From the NCBI GenBank assembly GCA_963825525.1, contig CAWGTN010000002.1, positions 1,568,001-1,632,000 on the forward strand: a DNA stretch of 64,000 nucleotides, in the 5' to 3' direction. How positions within the stretch are numbered: position 1 is the stretch's first letter; each line of letters opens with the position of its first letter. A program made the position numbers and the translations under genes. The notes beneath the pieces were generated by a model. The model made no database searches. It saw only the letters and a list, made by a program, of their open reading frames with translations, and was not told the origin of the DNA. The stretch is from an uncultured Chloroflexia bacterium. GTDB lineage: Bacteria > Chloroflexota > Limnocylindria > QHBO01. Positions 1 to 9,156 of this stretch are shown piece after piece.

Positions 1-592
1 CCCCGACGGATGGATCCAGCGTGCGCATCCCCGAGAGGCGCGTCGCCAGGCGCAGCAGGGCAAGGTCCAGCGTCGTGTCCACGTCGAACCGCGCCCATGC
101 CGTGGCACCGAGATCACGCCAGCCGAAGCCGGCCTCGTTCAGTCGCCGGGGCGCCGCATTGTCGGTCTCGCACCCCGCGAGGGCGTCGAGCGCCCGCTCG
201 AGATCTCCGGCAACCGTGAATGCATCGGCGCTGAATCGATTGTTGGCGACCACCTCACCCGGGATGGGCGACAGGAGCTGATCAAGGTCCGCATCGGGGA
301 GCAGGGCGAGGGCGCCACCGCCGGCGTAGCCGATGGCATCCAGCGGTCCGTCCACGTTGGCCAGGGCGGCGCGAGCTGCCGCGACGTACCAGCGCCCCCA
401 GTGAAAGCCGGACGCATCCTCAGTGTGGACCGCCGGCAAGGGAGCAACCGCCGCACCCTGCGCGCCAAGCCGTCGCGAGAGCTCCGTTGCCAGCAGCCGC
501 CGGCCGTCGGTCGCGATGGCTGTGTGGCTTCCGAAGCGTTGATCATCCGCCGGCGTCGTGACGAGCACGAGTGGCGCGGGCCGCTCAGCCAT
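1..592 (-). CDS. Hypothetical protein, runs off the window edge; possibly CofC/nucleotidyltransferase-like
   Basis: Not in the ORF track. Read by hand from ATG 592 after a GGAGG-like SD: MAERPAPLVLVTTPADD...FHWGRWY...VANNRFSADAF...ARFDVDTTLDLALL. Open to position 1. DVDT..DL resembles CofC-type C-terminal motifs. Confidence 0.6.
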   Translation of the reverse strand, partial: MAERPAPLVLVTTPADDQRFGSHTAIATDGRRLLATELSRRLGAQGAAVAPLPAVHTEDASGFHWGRWYVAAARAALANVDGPLDAIGYAGGGALALLPDADLDQLLSPIPGEVVANNRFSADAFTVAGDLERALDALAGCETDNAAPRRLNEAGFGWRDLGATAWARFDVDTTLDLALLRLATRLSGMRTLDPSVG

Positions 593-630
593 TTGAGGGA
601 GGTCCCTCCCTTCCACCTCAACATATATCG

Positions 631-663
631 CACCGGGGGGCTTGCGGCAAGCCCCCGCCGGTG
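631..663 (+). promoter_or_regulatory. Rifamycin-associated element (RAE)-like palindrome
   Basis: GGGGCTTGC-G-GCAAGCCCC at 637-655 is a perfect 9-1-9 inverted repeat, flanked by caccgg/ccggtg. It matches 18/19 positions of the RAE consensus as I recall it (GGGGCTTGCGGCAAGGCCC) and lies ~120 bp upstream of a Rox-like gene. Confidence 0.85.
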
Positions 664-714
664 TCGCATCATCGTGGGCCGAGTCCAGAGATCGACCGCG
701 ATGGGAGTCACGAG

Positions 715-780
715 ATGCGAATGGTGTTGTCGAAGCGTGTGGCGCGTGAAGAGCTCGTACCGATCGGAGCCCAGCGGTGA
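715..780 (+). CDS. Putative 21-aa leader peptide (MRMVLSKRVAREELVPIGAQR)
   Basis: GGAG at 704-707 lies 7 nt before ATG 715. The stop overlaps the monooxygenase start as GTGA (777-780). Confidence 0.3.
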   Translation: MRMVLSKRVAREELVPIGAQR

Positions 781-2312
781 TCGAGCATGCGGTGCTGATC
801 GCCGGAGGCGGTCCGACGGGACTGATGCTGGCCGGTGAGCTGGCCCTGGCGGGCGTGGACGTGGCCATCTACGAGCGGCGCGCCAACCAGGACCTTGCCG
901 GGTCTCGCGCGGGCGGCCTTCATTCGCGAACCATCGAGATCCTCGATCAGCGTGGCATCGCCGACAGGTTCCTGTCGGAGGGACAGAAGGCCCAGGTTGC
1001 CGGATTCGGCGGCGTGCCCCTGGACATCAGCGACTTCCCGACGCGGCATGCCTACGGACTCGGGCTGTGGCAGAACCACATCGAGCGCATCCTCGCCGGC
1101 TGGGTCCACGAGCTGGGGGTGCCGATCCACTATGGCACCGACATCACCGGCCTTGCACAGGATGCCGTCGGCGTCGACGTTGCGCTGTCCGACGGCAGAA
1201 CACAGCGCGCGCAGTACCTCGTCGGATGCGACGGAGGACGGAGCCTGGTCCGCAAGGCGGCCGGCATCGACTTTCCCGGGTGGGACGCGTCGACCAGCAG
1301 CCTGATCGCCCAGGTCGAGATGGCCGACGAGCCGGAGCTGGGCATGCGCCGTGACGCGAGTGGAACCCATGCCCTGGGGAAGGTCGAGTACGAGATCATC
1401 GACGGCAAGGTTGTCTACCAGAAGGGGGGACGGGTGGGGGTCGTGCTGGCCGAGGAGACGGTCGGCGCGGCGGCGGAACCCACCTTCGACGACGTTCGCG
1501 CCAGGCTCGTCGCCGTCTACGGGACGGACTACGGGATCCACAGTCCGACCTGGATCTCCAGGTTCACCGACGCGACCCGGCAGGCCGCGGCCTACCGCAC
1601 GGGTCGGGTGCTCCTGGCGGGCGACGCGGCGCACGTCCACTCCCCGGTCGGTGGACAGGGCCTCAACACCGGCGTGCAGGATGCGGTGAACCTGGGGTGG
1701 AAGTTGGCGCAGGTCGTCCGACGGACCGCGCCGGAGGCCCTGCTCGACACCTACCATGCCGAGCGTCACCCGGTCGCTGCCCGCGTGCTGCGCACGACGA
1801 TGGCGCAGACCGCGCTGACGCGGGTCGACGATCGCACCGATGCGTTGCGAGACAGCGTGGCCGAGCTGCTGAGCATGGACGAGCCGCGGACCCGATTCGC
1901 GGCAATGATGTCCGGGCTCGACATCCACTACGACCTCGGGGACGGGCACCCGCTGCTCGGACGCCGCATGCCGGACCTCGATCTGCTCACCGACCGAGGC
2001 CCGATGCGAGCCTTCTCACTCCTGCACGATGCGCGGCCACTCCTGCTCGACCTGGGCGGGGCGGGTCCCTTCGACATCGGCCCCTGGGCGGACCGGGTTC
2101 GGCTGATCGAGGCGAGGCACGACGGCGCGTGGGAGCTGCCGGCGATCGGTTCGGTCCCGGCTCCCGCTGCGGTGGTCATCCGGCCCGACGGATACGTTGC
2201 GTGGGTTGGGCAGGGTTCGGGTCAGGTGGGGCTGGATGACGCGCTGACCACCTGGTTCGGGCCGCCGAATAGACCGCCGGCCGGGTCAGTCATCGCCGAG
2301 CAGGCGATGTAG
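777..2312 (+). CDS. FAD-dependent monooxygenase (group A), rifamycin monooxygenase Rox-like
   Basis: Motifs IAGGGPTGLMLAGEL, YLVGCDGGRS and LAGDAAHVHSPVGGQGLNTGVQDAVNLGWKLA, plus C-terminal IRPDGYVAW. Upstream RAE-like element. Confidence 0.9.
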   Translation: MIEHAVLIAGGGPTGLMLAGELALAGVDVAIYERRANQDLAGSRAGGLHSRTIEILDQRGIADRFLSEGQKAQVAGFGGVPLDISDFPTRHAYGLGLWQNHIERILAGWVHELGVPIHYGTDITGLAQDAVGVDVALSDGRTQRAQYLVGCDGGRSLVRKAAGIDFPGWDASTSSLIAQVEMADEPELGMRRDASGTHALGKVEYEIIDGKVVYQKGGRVGVVLAEETVGAAAEPTFDDVRARLVAVYGTDYGIHSPTWISRFTDATRQAAAYRTGRVLLAGDAAHVHSPVGGQGLNTGVQDAVNLGWKLAQVVRRTAPEALLDTYHAERHPVAARVLRTTMAQTALTRVDDRTDALRDSVAELLSMDEPRTRFAAMMSGLDIHYDLGDGHPLLGRRMPDLDLLTDRGPMRAFSLLHDARPLLLDLGGAGPFDIGPWADRVRLIEARHDGAWELPAIGSVPAPAAVVIRPDGYVAWVGQGSGQVGLDDALTTWFGPPNRPPAGSVIAEQAM

Positions 2313-2861
2313 CTGCTCAAGGTGCATCAGGTCGTGGACGCCAACGAACAGCAGCCACTCGCCGCAGCGCAGATGACCGACCAGCGGGTGGTCGAGCGGG
2401 CATGGCTCCATCTCGTGCCCTGCAATGGCCTCCGCAGAGGACGCCATCGAGCGTCGCGACTTGTTCAGGTAGATCAGCAGCAGCTCTCTCGATGCATCCG
2501 CGCGGCCGGGGATCCCCGGTCGGACGACGGGCTCCTCGGCCGGCCATTCGCGACGGGCGGCGAGGGCGGCCGCGTGAGCCATCCATCGGCGTGCCGAGGT
2601 CGTGTGTGCGAATGCTTCGGCGACATTCCAATCGCCCTCGCCGCCCGGCGCCCGCAGCTGATCGTCGCTGGTCGCCGCGAGCGCAGCACCCAGCGCCTCG
2701 GCGATCGCCTCCTGCTGCGCAAGGATGCGCCCGGCGTCACCAACGGCCACCCGTGCCCGCAGCTCCCTGCGCAGCGGTCGAAGCTGATCGGCGACACGCC
2801 AGCATGCGACCACGTCCGATGCGCTGGCTTCGAGCGTCGCGACCCAGGTCGGCGTCGTCAT
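2286..2861 (-). CDS. DinB superfamily protein
   Basis: WNVAEAFAH and C-terminal HDLMHLEQ give the metal-binding His triad. Confidence 0.75.
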   Translation of the reverse strand: MTTPTWVATLEASASDVVACWRVADQLRPLRRELRARVAVGDAGRILAQQEAIAEALGAALAATSDDQLRAPGGEGDWNVAEAFAHTTSARRWMAHAAALAARREWPAEEPVVRPGIPGRADASRELLLIYLNKSRRSMASSAEAIAGHEMEPCPLDHPLVGHLRCGEWLLFVGVHDLMHLEQLHRLLGDD

Positions 2862-2897
2862 CGTGCGGCCGTCAATCCGTGGAGCGCCGCGGACCGG

Positions 2898-3227
2898 TTA
2901 CAGGCGCTCGAATCGCTCCACGGGCTGCACGAAGACCGTTGCGCCGCCCACCTCGACCTCGACCGGGTAGGGCATGTAGAACTCGCCCGGCTCCATGATG
3001 GGCGGCATGGGGTTCACGAACTGCTTTCGACTGTGGCAGTTCGCGCTGATGATCCCCAGCACGTCCTCGACCTGGTCATCCTCGACCCCCAGCACGATGG
3101 TGGCGTTGCCCTGCTTGAGGAAGCCACCGGACGAGTTGAACCGCGTTGCGCGGAACTCCTTTTCCAGGAGCGCGTCGACCAGCGTCGCGGCATCCTCGCT
3201 GTGCACGATGGCGGTGACGAGCTTCAT
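2898..3227 (-). CDS. darA: Cyclic-di-AMP receptor (PII-like DarA/PstA/YaaQ)
   Basis: MKLVTAIVH..D, SSGGFLKQGNAT and VEVGGATVFV. Downstream of tmk as in Bacillus. Confidence 0.9.
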   Translation of the reverse strand: MKLVTAIVHSEDAATLVDALLEKEFRATRFNSSGGFLKQGNATIVLGVEDDQVEDVLGIISANCHSRKQFVNPMPPIMEPGEFYMPYPVEVEVGGATVFVQPVERFERL

Positions 3228-3364
3228 CGGTGGTCGGCTCCTTCGTTCGGCGCGAGCCCGCGGGCGGGGGCTGATGGGCGTTGCCGATTATGGCGCAGGG
3301 GAGCACCCGAGGGCCACCCGTCGGCGACCCGAGTCCCATCTGCCGCCGCATGCATCGAGCGCGC

Positions 3365-4015
3365 TCAGCTGAGGAATCTCCGCGCGACGACGCGCGTGAT
3401 CGCCGCGTCCGCCTCCTCGACCGAGACGGAGCCATCGATGACCTCGTAGCGGTCCGGCTCCTCCGCCGCCAGGCGCAGGTAGGCGCCGCGCACCTTCTCG
3501 AAGAAGCTCACCTCCTCCGTGTCCTCGAAGCGGTTCCACTCGGAGCGTCGTCGCGTGCGTTCCAGCCCGATGTCGACCGGCACGTCGATCAGCAGGGTGA
3601 GGTCCGGCCACAGGCCGCCGGTCGCGAAGTCCTGCAGGCCGCGCATGGCCGACATGTCGTTGCCGTAGCCGGCGCCCTGGTAGGCGAGTGACGAGTCCGC
3701 GTAGCGCGCGCAGACCACCCAGTCGCCGCGCTCCAGCGCCGGGCGGATGACCCGCTCGACGTGCTGTGCGCGGCCGGCGGCGTAGAGCAATGCGTCGGCA
3801 CGGGGTTCGAGGTCGTCGCTCATGCCGCGCATGTGCAGCACGATCCGACGGACCTCCTCGCCCAGCGGCGTACCGCCCGGCTCGTGGGTCAGGACGGCGC
3901 GAATGCGATGGCCAGCCAGCCACGACACGAGGTGCCGGGCAGCGGTCGACTTCCCGCTCCCTTCAGGGCCCTCGAGGGTGATGAACCTGCCCCGGCCAGC
4001 CGATGCGTCGCTCAC
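3365..4015 (-). CDS. tmk: Thymidylate kinase
   Basis: FITLEGPEGSGKST P-loop, HEPGGT, RYADSSLAYQG, PDLT. Confidence 0.95.
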   Translation of the reverse strand: MSDASAGRGRFITLEGPEGSGKSTAARHLVSWLAGHRIRAVLTHEPGGTPLGEEVRRIVLHMRGMSDDLEPRADALLYAAGRAQHVERVIRPALERGDWVVCARYADSSLAYQGAGYGNDMSAMRGLQDFATGGLWPDLTLLIDVPVDIGLERTRRRSEWNRFEDTEEVSFFEKVRGAYLRLAAEEPDRYEVIDGSVSVEEADAAITRVVARRFLS

Positions 4016-4037
4016 GCGTGGAGACGAGCCGCAGCCG

Positions 4038-5867
4038 TCATCGCCAGCTCTGCCCCTCTTCGGGGATCAGCTCCACCCGGCGATTTGGCTCCGAACCCCG
4101 GGATCGGGACATCAGGGCGTTCTTCTCCGCCAACTGGTGCTGGAGGCGCCGGACGTAGGCGTTCTGCGGCGCCAGCTCCACCGGTCGACCGGACGCCTGG
4201 ACCAGCCCGATGGCCTCCGACGTCTCGCGCATGGCCGCTTCCTGCGGATCGGCCTCGAGGTCGAACAGGCTGGCCAGCATGTTCTCCATCTGCTGGGTCG
4301 TGTTCGTCTTGAGCACATAGATCGGAACGCCATGCGACTCGGCGTCGCGCAGTGCCGCCGGCTTGCGCCGGTAGTAGTTGCGGAGGGTGACGACCGCATC
4401 GGCGTCATCGAGCTCGCGAGCGACCGTCACCGGGACGCCGAGGTCCCGCACCGCCTGTTCCAGTCGCTTGCGGCTCACGCCGAATGCGAAGACGCTCATC
4501 GGCCGATGCGACCGTGTCCGGTCATTCGCCGGGCGTTGCGCTCCGATCGTCCGATCCACAGGGGCCGTCGCGTCCATCTCGTTCAGCGCCTGTTCGAGCT
4601 GCTGACGCGGATCGGGACCGGCGGGTGTGATCCCGGCGATTCGCTCACCGGGCAGCGATCGACCGGCGCGAGCGGCGTCGCCCGCACCGGGAAGCGGTCG
4701 AAGCCCGCCGCGCTCGTACCGGTTGCCGGCGGATCCGCCCCGGCCGCCGCGCCCGAAGGCCCCGAAGCCGCCCGTGGGCTCCAGCGGGGCGAAGGCGGGG
4801 TTGCCGGCGGCCGTCTCGGTGATTCGGTAGTCGTACTTCGTCATTGCCTTGAGCTCGCCCGCCTCATCGCGGTAGCGCGATTCCGGCGGAACCATGTGGC
4901 CGCGCAGGATGGCGTCCACGGTCTCGGCCACGTTGCGATGCACGATCACGTTGTCGCGCTCCACGATCTCCACCAGGACATCGAACGTGGGTGGCGCCTT
5001 GCGCTCGAGCACGGTCTTCTGCGTCCCGCGCCGGCGAGCCTCCTCGTCGCCGAGGGTGACCGGCTGGATCCCGCCGACGAGATCCGACAGGGTCGGGTTG
5101 AGCATGAGGTTGTCGAGGGTGTTGCCATGGGCCGTTCCCACCAGCTGCACGCCGCGCTCCGCGATGGTCCGTGCCGCGCCGGCCTCGAGCTCCGTCCCGA
5201 TCTCGTCGATGACGATCACCTCGGGCATGTGGTTCTCGACGGCCTCGATCATCACCGAGTGCTGCTCGGTCGGCGTGCGGACCTGCATGCGGCGTGCATC
5301 GCCGATGCCGGGGTGCGGGATGTCGCCATCGCCGGCGATCTCGTTGCTGGTATCCACCACGATGACGCGCTTGCCCAGGTCATCGGCCAGCACTCGCGCC
5401 ACCTCGCGCAGCATCGTCGTCTTGCCGACGCCGGGCCGTCCCAGGATGAGCAGCGACTGCCCGGCCTCGGTGATGTCCCGGATGATGTCGATGGTCCCGA
5501 ACACGGCCCGCCCGATGCGACAGGTCAGGCCGACGACCTTCCCCGCCCGGTTGCGGATGGCGCTGATGCGGTGCAGCGTCCGCTCGATCCCCGCCCGGTT
5601 GTCGTCCCCGAAGACGCCGATGTGATCGATGACGTGGGCGATGTCGACCTCGGTGATCTCTCGATCCAGGAGATCCTGCTCGCCCGTCGTGAAGCGGGCC
5701 TGCGGCCGGCGACCGAGGTCCATGACCACCTCGAGCAGGTCGGTGCGGTTCGCCAGGCCGCGCAGTCGATCGCAGATCTCCGGCGGCAGCGCCTCCATCA
5801 GGGCATCGAGGTCGTCGGTCGTCTCACGCCTCTCCACGTCTCGCCTCGCCTTCCGTTCGCTCGTCAT
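4038..5867 (-). CDS. SpoIIIAA/Ycf45-like AAA ATPase with C-terminal R3H domain
   Basis: [32 protein letters not shown]; R3H motif NAYVRRLQH...[10 protein letters not shown]. Confidence 0.9.
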   Translation of the reverse strand: MTSERKARRDVERRETTDDLDALMEALPPEICDRLRGLANRTDLLEVVMDLGRRPQARFTTGEQDLLDREITEVDIAHVIDHIGVFGDDNRAGIERTLHRISAIRNRAGKVVGLTCRIGRAVFGTIDIIRDITEAGQSLLILGRPGVGKTTMLREVARVLADDLGKRVIVVDTSNEIAGDGDIPHPGIGDARRMQVRTPTEQHSVMIEAVENHMPEVIVIDEIGTELEAGAARTIAERGVQLVGTAHGNTLDNLMLNPTLSDLVGGIQPVTLGDEEARRRGTQKTVLERKAPPTFDVLVEIVERDNVIVHRNVAETVDAILRGHMVPPESRYRDEAGELKAMTKYDYRITETAAGNPAFAPLEPTGGFGAFGRGGRGGSAGNRYERGGLRPLPGAGDAARAGRSLPGERIAGITPAGPDPRQQLEQALNEMDATAPVDRTIGAQRPANDRTRSHRPMSVFAFGVSRKRLEQAVRDLGVPVTVARELDDADAVVTLRNYYRRKPAALRDAESHGVPIYVLKTNTTQQMENMLASLFDLEADPQEAAMRETSEAIGLVQASGRPVELAPQNAYVRRLQHQLAEKNALMSRSRGSEPNRRVELIPEEGQSWR

Positions 5868-6910
5868 CGAATCGCCGGAACCATCGCCGGCTGGCGGACC
5901 TGTGCACGGACCTCGCGGACCAACAGGGTGACCCGGCCGATCGCCTCGAAGCCGGCATCCTCTGCAGCGCGCGTGCCCGCTGACTCATATGTTCGCACCG
6001 GAGCGAGGATTCCTGCAGCCGTCGCCTCGCTGCCGATACGCGATATCACCGACCGCAGGAACGCCGCGCCGTCGGCGCCGTCCCGGACGAGGAACCGCAG
6101 ATAGTGGGGCCCGGAGCGACACGCCCCGTGCTGGGCGAAGCCCGCCACCCGTTGCTCGGCCGGCAACAGCCACGCCTCCACGTCGCTGAAATGCAGGATG
6201 GGATTGAGCGACGAGCGCGGGACGATGGCCTCGTGGCCGGCCGACTCCCAGTCGGACGCCCCGTACCCCTCGATCCGGGCGATGGCCGGCGGCGTGGCGT
6301 GCGTCCACAGATCGAAGAGGTGCCAGGCGTCGGGGGCTCCGGCGTGCTGGAGCTCCTGGGCGTCGGAGGCGCGGTCGCGACCGTCGCGTGTCACCAGCCC
6401 CCTGAGCCACGACCGGGGACCGTGGGCCGGCTCGGGCGGACGCCACCAGATCTCCTCCTGGGCGTACGCCATGAAGCTCGACTGCCCGAACAGCTCGAGA
6501 TTCTCGCGCACATCGGCGCATGCGGCGTGCAGGCGTCCGATGCCATGTCCCGCCCCCGCCTCGACGACCGCCTGGAGAAGGTCATACCGAATCTCGGCCG
6601 CCATCGGCCCGTCATCGGCGTTCAGCTCGGTGATGACCCAATCGTCGCGGTGCGGTTCCTCGATCGCTCGGCAGCTGCCCACCAGCTCCCCGTCCGTCTC
6701 GGCCACGAGGTGAACAGATGGTGCGCGCAGCGGCAGCCACGATGGCATGAGGGTCGACAGGCTGATCCGCGGCGATTCCGCCGACGGGGCCGGAACCCCC
6801 AGGGTCCGACGATGCGAGTCCTCGGCCGCGTGGACGCGGCGCGATAGATCGGTGAGCGCCTGCCGGTCAGTGATGCGTGCGGGGCGGATCGTCCGCTCGA
6901 CCTGGATCAC
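5864..6910 (-). CDS. Hypothetical protein, tandem GNAT-like fold
   Basis: 348 aa with 4-nt overlaps to both neighbours; IRPA..D start and [15 protein letters not shown]-like strand. Confidence 0.6.
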   Translation of the reverse strand: MIQVERTIRPARITDRQALTDLSRRVHAAEDSHRRTLGVPAPSAESPRISLSTLMPSWLPLRAPSVHLVAETDGELVGSCRAIEEPHRDDWVITELNADDGPMAAEIRYDLLQAVVEAGAGHGIGRLHAACADVRENLELFGQSSFMAYAQEEIWWRPPEPAHGPRSWLRGLVTRDGRDRASDAQELQHAGAPDAWHLFDLWTHATPPAIARIEGYGASDWESAGHEAIVPRSSLNPILHFSDVEAWLLPAEQRVAGFAQHGACRSGPHYLRFLVRDGADGAAFLRSVISRIGSEATAAGILAPVRTYESAGTRAAEDAGFEAIGRVTLLVREVRAQVRQPAMVPAIR

Positions 6911-7518
6911 GCCGGCCGCTCCGCGCCCCTCTCGACCATCTGGACCAGGAGCCGATGGATCCTTCGGTCGTCCGTGAGCTCGGGATGGAAGGCAGTCGCG
7001 ATGACGCGCCCCTGGCGCACGGCAACGGGCGTGCCATCGGGGTCACGTGCCAGGATCTCGGCGGCGGTGCCGACGCCGGTCACGAACGGCGCGCGGATGA
7101 AGACACCGTGGAGCGGATCCGGTCCCAGCAGCGGGATATCAAGGTCCGCCTCGAACGAGTCGAGCTGCCGCCCGTACCCGTTGCGGCGAACCTCCAGATC
7201 GATCAGCGGGAAGACCGGCTCGTCGCCGTCGGCGATTCGCTCCGCCAGCAGGATCATGCCGGCACACGTGCCGAGTAGCGGAGCACCCGATCGGGCGAGC
7301 GAGGCGATGGGCTCGCGCAGGCCGTACTCGTCGATGAGCTTGCGCATGGTGGTTGACTCACCACCGGGCAGGATCAGCGCATCAAGGTCGACGAGGTCCC
7401 GAGGCAGGCGCACCTCGACGGGATCGGCGCCGACGGCGCGAATGGCCTCGACGTGTGGCCTCACGGCGCCCTGGACGGCGAGCACGCCGATGCGCGGTCG
7501 CCGAGCCTGGTGGGTCAT
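6907..7518 (-). CDS. pdxT: PLP synthase glutaminase subunit
   Basis: GVLAVQG, LPGGESTT, GTCAGMI, VFIRAP, FHPEL. Confidence 0.97.
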   Translation of the reverse strand: MTHQARRPRIGVLAVQGAVRPHVEAIRAVGADPVEVRLPRDLVDLDALILPGGESTTMRKLIDEYGLREPIASLARSGAPLLGTCAGMILLAERIADGDEPVFPLIDLEVRRNGYGRQLDSFEADLDIPLLGPDPLHGVFIRAPFVTGVGTAAEILARDPDGTPVAVRQGRVIATAFHPELTDDRRIHRLLVQMVERGAERPA

Positions 7519-7527
7519 CGTCCGTGG

Positions 7528-8418
7528 CTACCAGCCGCGAACGGCCAGCCGCTCCTCGGGCGGGATGGCACCCGATGCGGTGCCGCGCATCGGCTCACCC
7601 AATCCGGCGCTGACCTCGGCCAGGATCTCGGGATTGTCGTACTGGGTCGCGGCCTTGACGATGGCCCGCGCATAGCGCTCCGGGTTCTCGCTCTTGAAGA
7701 TGCCGGATCCGACGAAGACCGCCTGGGCGCCGAGCTGACGCATGAGGCTCGCATCGGCCGGCGTCGCGACGCCCCCGGCGCTGAAGTTCGGCACCGGAAG
7801 CTCGCCCAGCTCGGCGGTCTGCTTGACCACGTCGTACGGCGCGCGCAACTCCTTGGCCGCGGCGAACAGCTCGTCGGGACGCATGGACTGCAGCTGGCGA
7901 ATGCCCTTCTGCACCGCGCGCATGTGACGGACGGCCTCCACGATGTCGCCGGTGCCGGCCTCGCCCTTGGTTCGGATCATGGCCGCCCCTTCGCCGATGC
8001 GACGCAGCGCCTCGCCCAGGTCCCGGCAGCCGCACACGAACGGAACCGCGAAGGCGTGCTTGTCGATGTGATGTTCCTCGTCAGCCGGCGTGAGCACCTC
8101 GGACTCGTCGATGTAGTCGACCTCGAGCGCCTGGAGGATCTGGGCCTCGGCGAAGTGGCCGATCCGGCACTTGGCCATCACGGGAATGCTGACCGCCTGC
8201 TTGATCTCCTCGATCAGCTTCGGATCGCTCATGCGGGCCACCCCGCCATCACGACGGATGTCGGACGGCACGCGCTCGAGCGCCATGACCGCCACGGCAC
8301 CGGCCTCCTGCGCCACGCGAGCCTGATCGGCGGTGACGACGTCCATGATCACGCCGCCGGCGAGCATCCTTGCCAGGCCGACCTTCGTGGTCCACGTGCT
8401 TCGTTCGATGGTGGTCAT
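7528..8418 (-). CDS. pdxS: PLP synthase lyase subunit
   Basis: [45 protein letters not shown]. Start ATG 8418 after AGGA. Confidence 0.97.
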   Translation of the reverse strand: MTTIERSTWTTKVGLARMLAGGVIMDVVTADQARVAQEAGAVAVMALERVPSDIRRDGGVARMSDPKLIEEIKQAVSIPVMAKCRIGHFAEAQILQALEVDYIDESEVLTPADEEHHIDKHAFAVPFVCGCRDLGEALRRIGEGAAMIRTKGEAGTGDIVEAVRHMRAVQKGIRQLQSMRPDELFAAAKELRAPYDVVKQTAELGELPVPNFSAGGVATPADASLMRQLGAQAVFVGSGIFKSENPERYARAIVKAATQYDNPEILAEVSAGLGEPMRGTASGAIPPEERLAVRGW

Positions 8419-8585
8419 GTGCTCATTCCTGTGCGACGCGCCGACCGGCACTTCGCGCCGCTCGGGTCGACCATCATTCTACTCACGAGTGGCGTTGGCG
8501 CCCACGTGGGCATCCCTCTCATGGATTCGGTGGTGGCGTGCGGCGGGATGGTTGGTATCATCGGCCGCAGGAAGGCGCTCGCACG

Positions 8586-9125
8586 ATGATCAATGCACCC
8601 GTACTGGTCCTGAACCAGAACTACGAGCCACTCAACGTCTGCGACATCAGGCGCGCATTCCGCCTGCTCGGGGCGGAGAAGGCGGAGCTGCTGGCCCGGA
8701 ATCACCAGGTGATTCACACGCCGACCATCGCCATCCCGGCGCCGTCCGTGATCCGCCTCCAGTACCACGTGAAGCGGCCGCAGCCACGGGTCAAGCTCAG
8801 CCGACGCGAGGTGTTCAGTCGCGACCGGCACACCTGCCAGTACTGCGGCGCCACGCGTCGCGACCTGACCATCGACCACGTGATGCCCAAGCATCGCGGC
8901 GGCCGGCACGAGTGGGACAACCTGGTGGCCGCCTGCCGGGCCTGCAACCACCGCAAGGGCGGCAAGACGGTGGCGGAGGCGCGGATGCAGCTCATGCGGG
9001 AGCCGCGTGCCCCGCGGGCCGACCTGCGCTACCTGTTCGGGACCTACCTGTCGGACGAGCGCAACGACGCCTGGCGTTCCTTCCTGTTCCTGGAGCCGAT
9101 TCGCACGTCCCCGGCCACGCGCTGA
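8586..9125 (+). CDS. HNH endonuclease (McrA/HNH_5 type)
   Basis: VLVLNQNYEPL, RDRHTCQYCG, TIDHVMPKHRGG, WDNLVAACRACNHRKG. Confidence 0.92.
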   Translation: MINAPVLVLNQNYEPLNVCDIRRAFRLLGAEKAELLARNHQVIHTPTIAIPAPSVIRLQYHVKRPQPRVKLSRREVFSRDRHTCQYCGATRRDLTIDHVMPKHRGGRHEWDNLVAACRACNHRKGGKTVAEARMQLMREPRAPRADLRYLFGTYLSDERNDAWRSFLFLEPIRTSPATR

Positions 9126-9156
9126 GACGTCGGTCGTGCCTGCTTCACGGGAGCCG

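Noticed and set aside
3822-6104. Long antisense ORFs (760 aa here; also 24028-25851, 47315-49270, 56166-57536, 15911-17263)
   Set aside because: Shadow ORFs opposite well-supported genes, expected at this GC content; no recognisable motifs.
8586-9125. HNH nuclease as a defence or mobile element (IscB/Cas9-like)
   Set aside because: Short stand-alone HNH_5-type protein with no RuvC motifs and no adjacent ncRNA, array or methylase; it sits among housekeeping genes.
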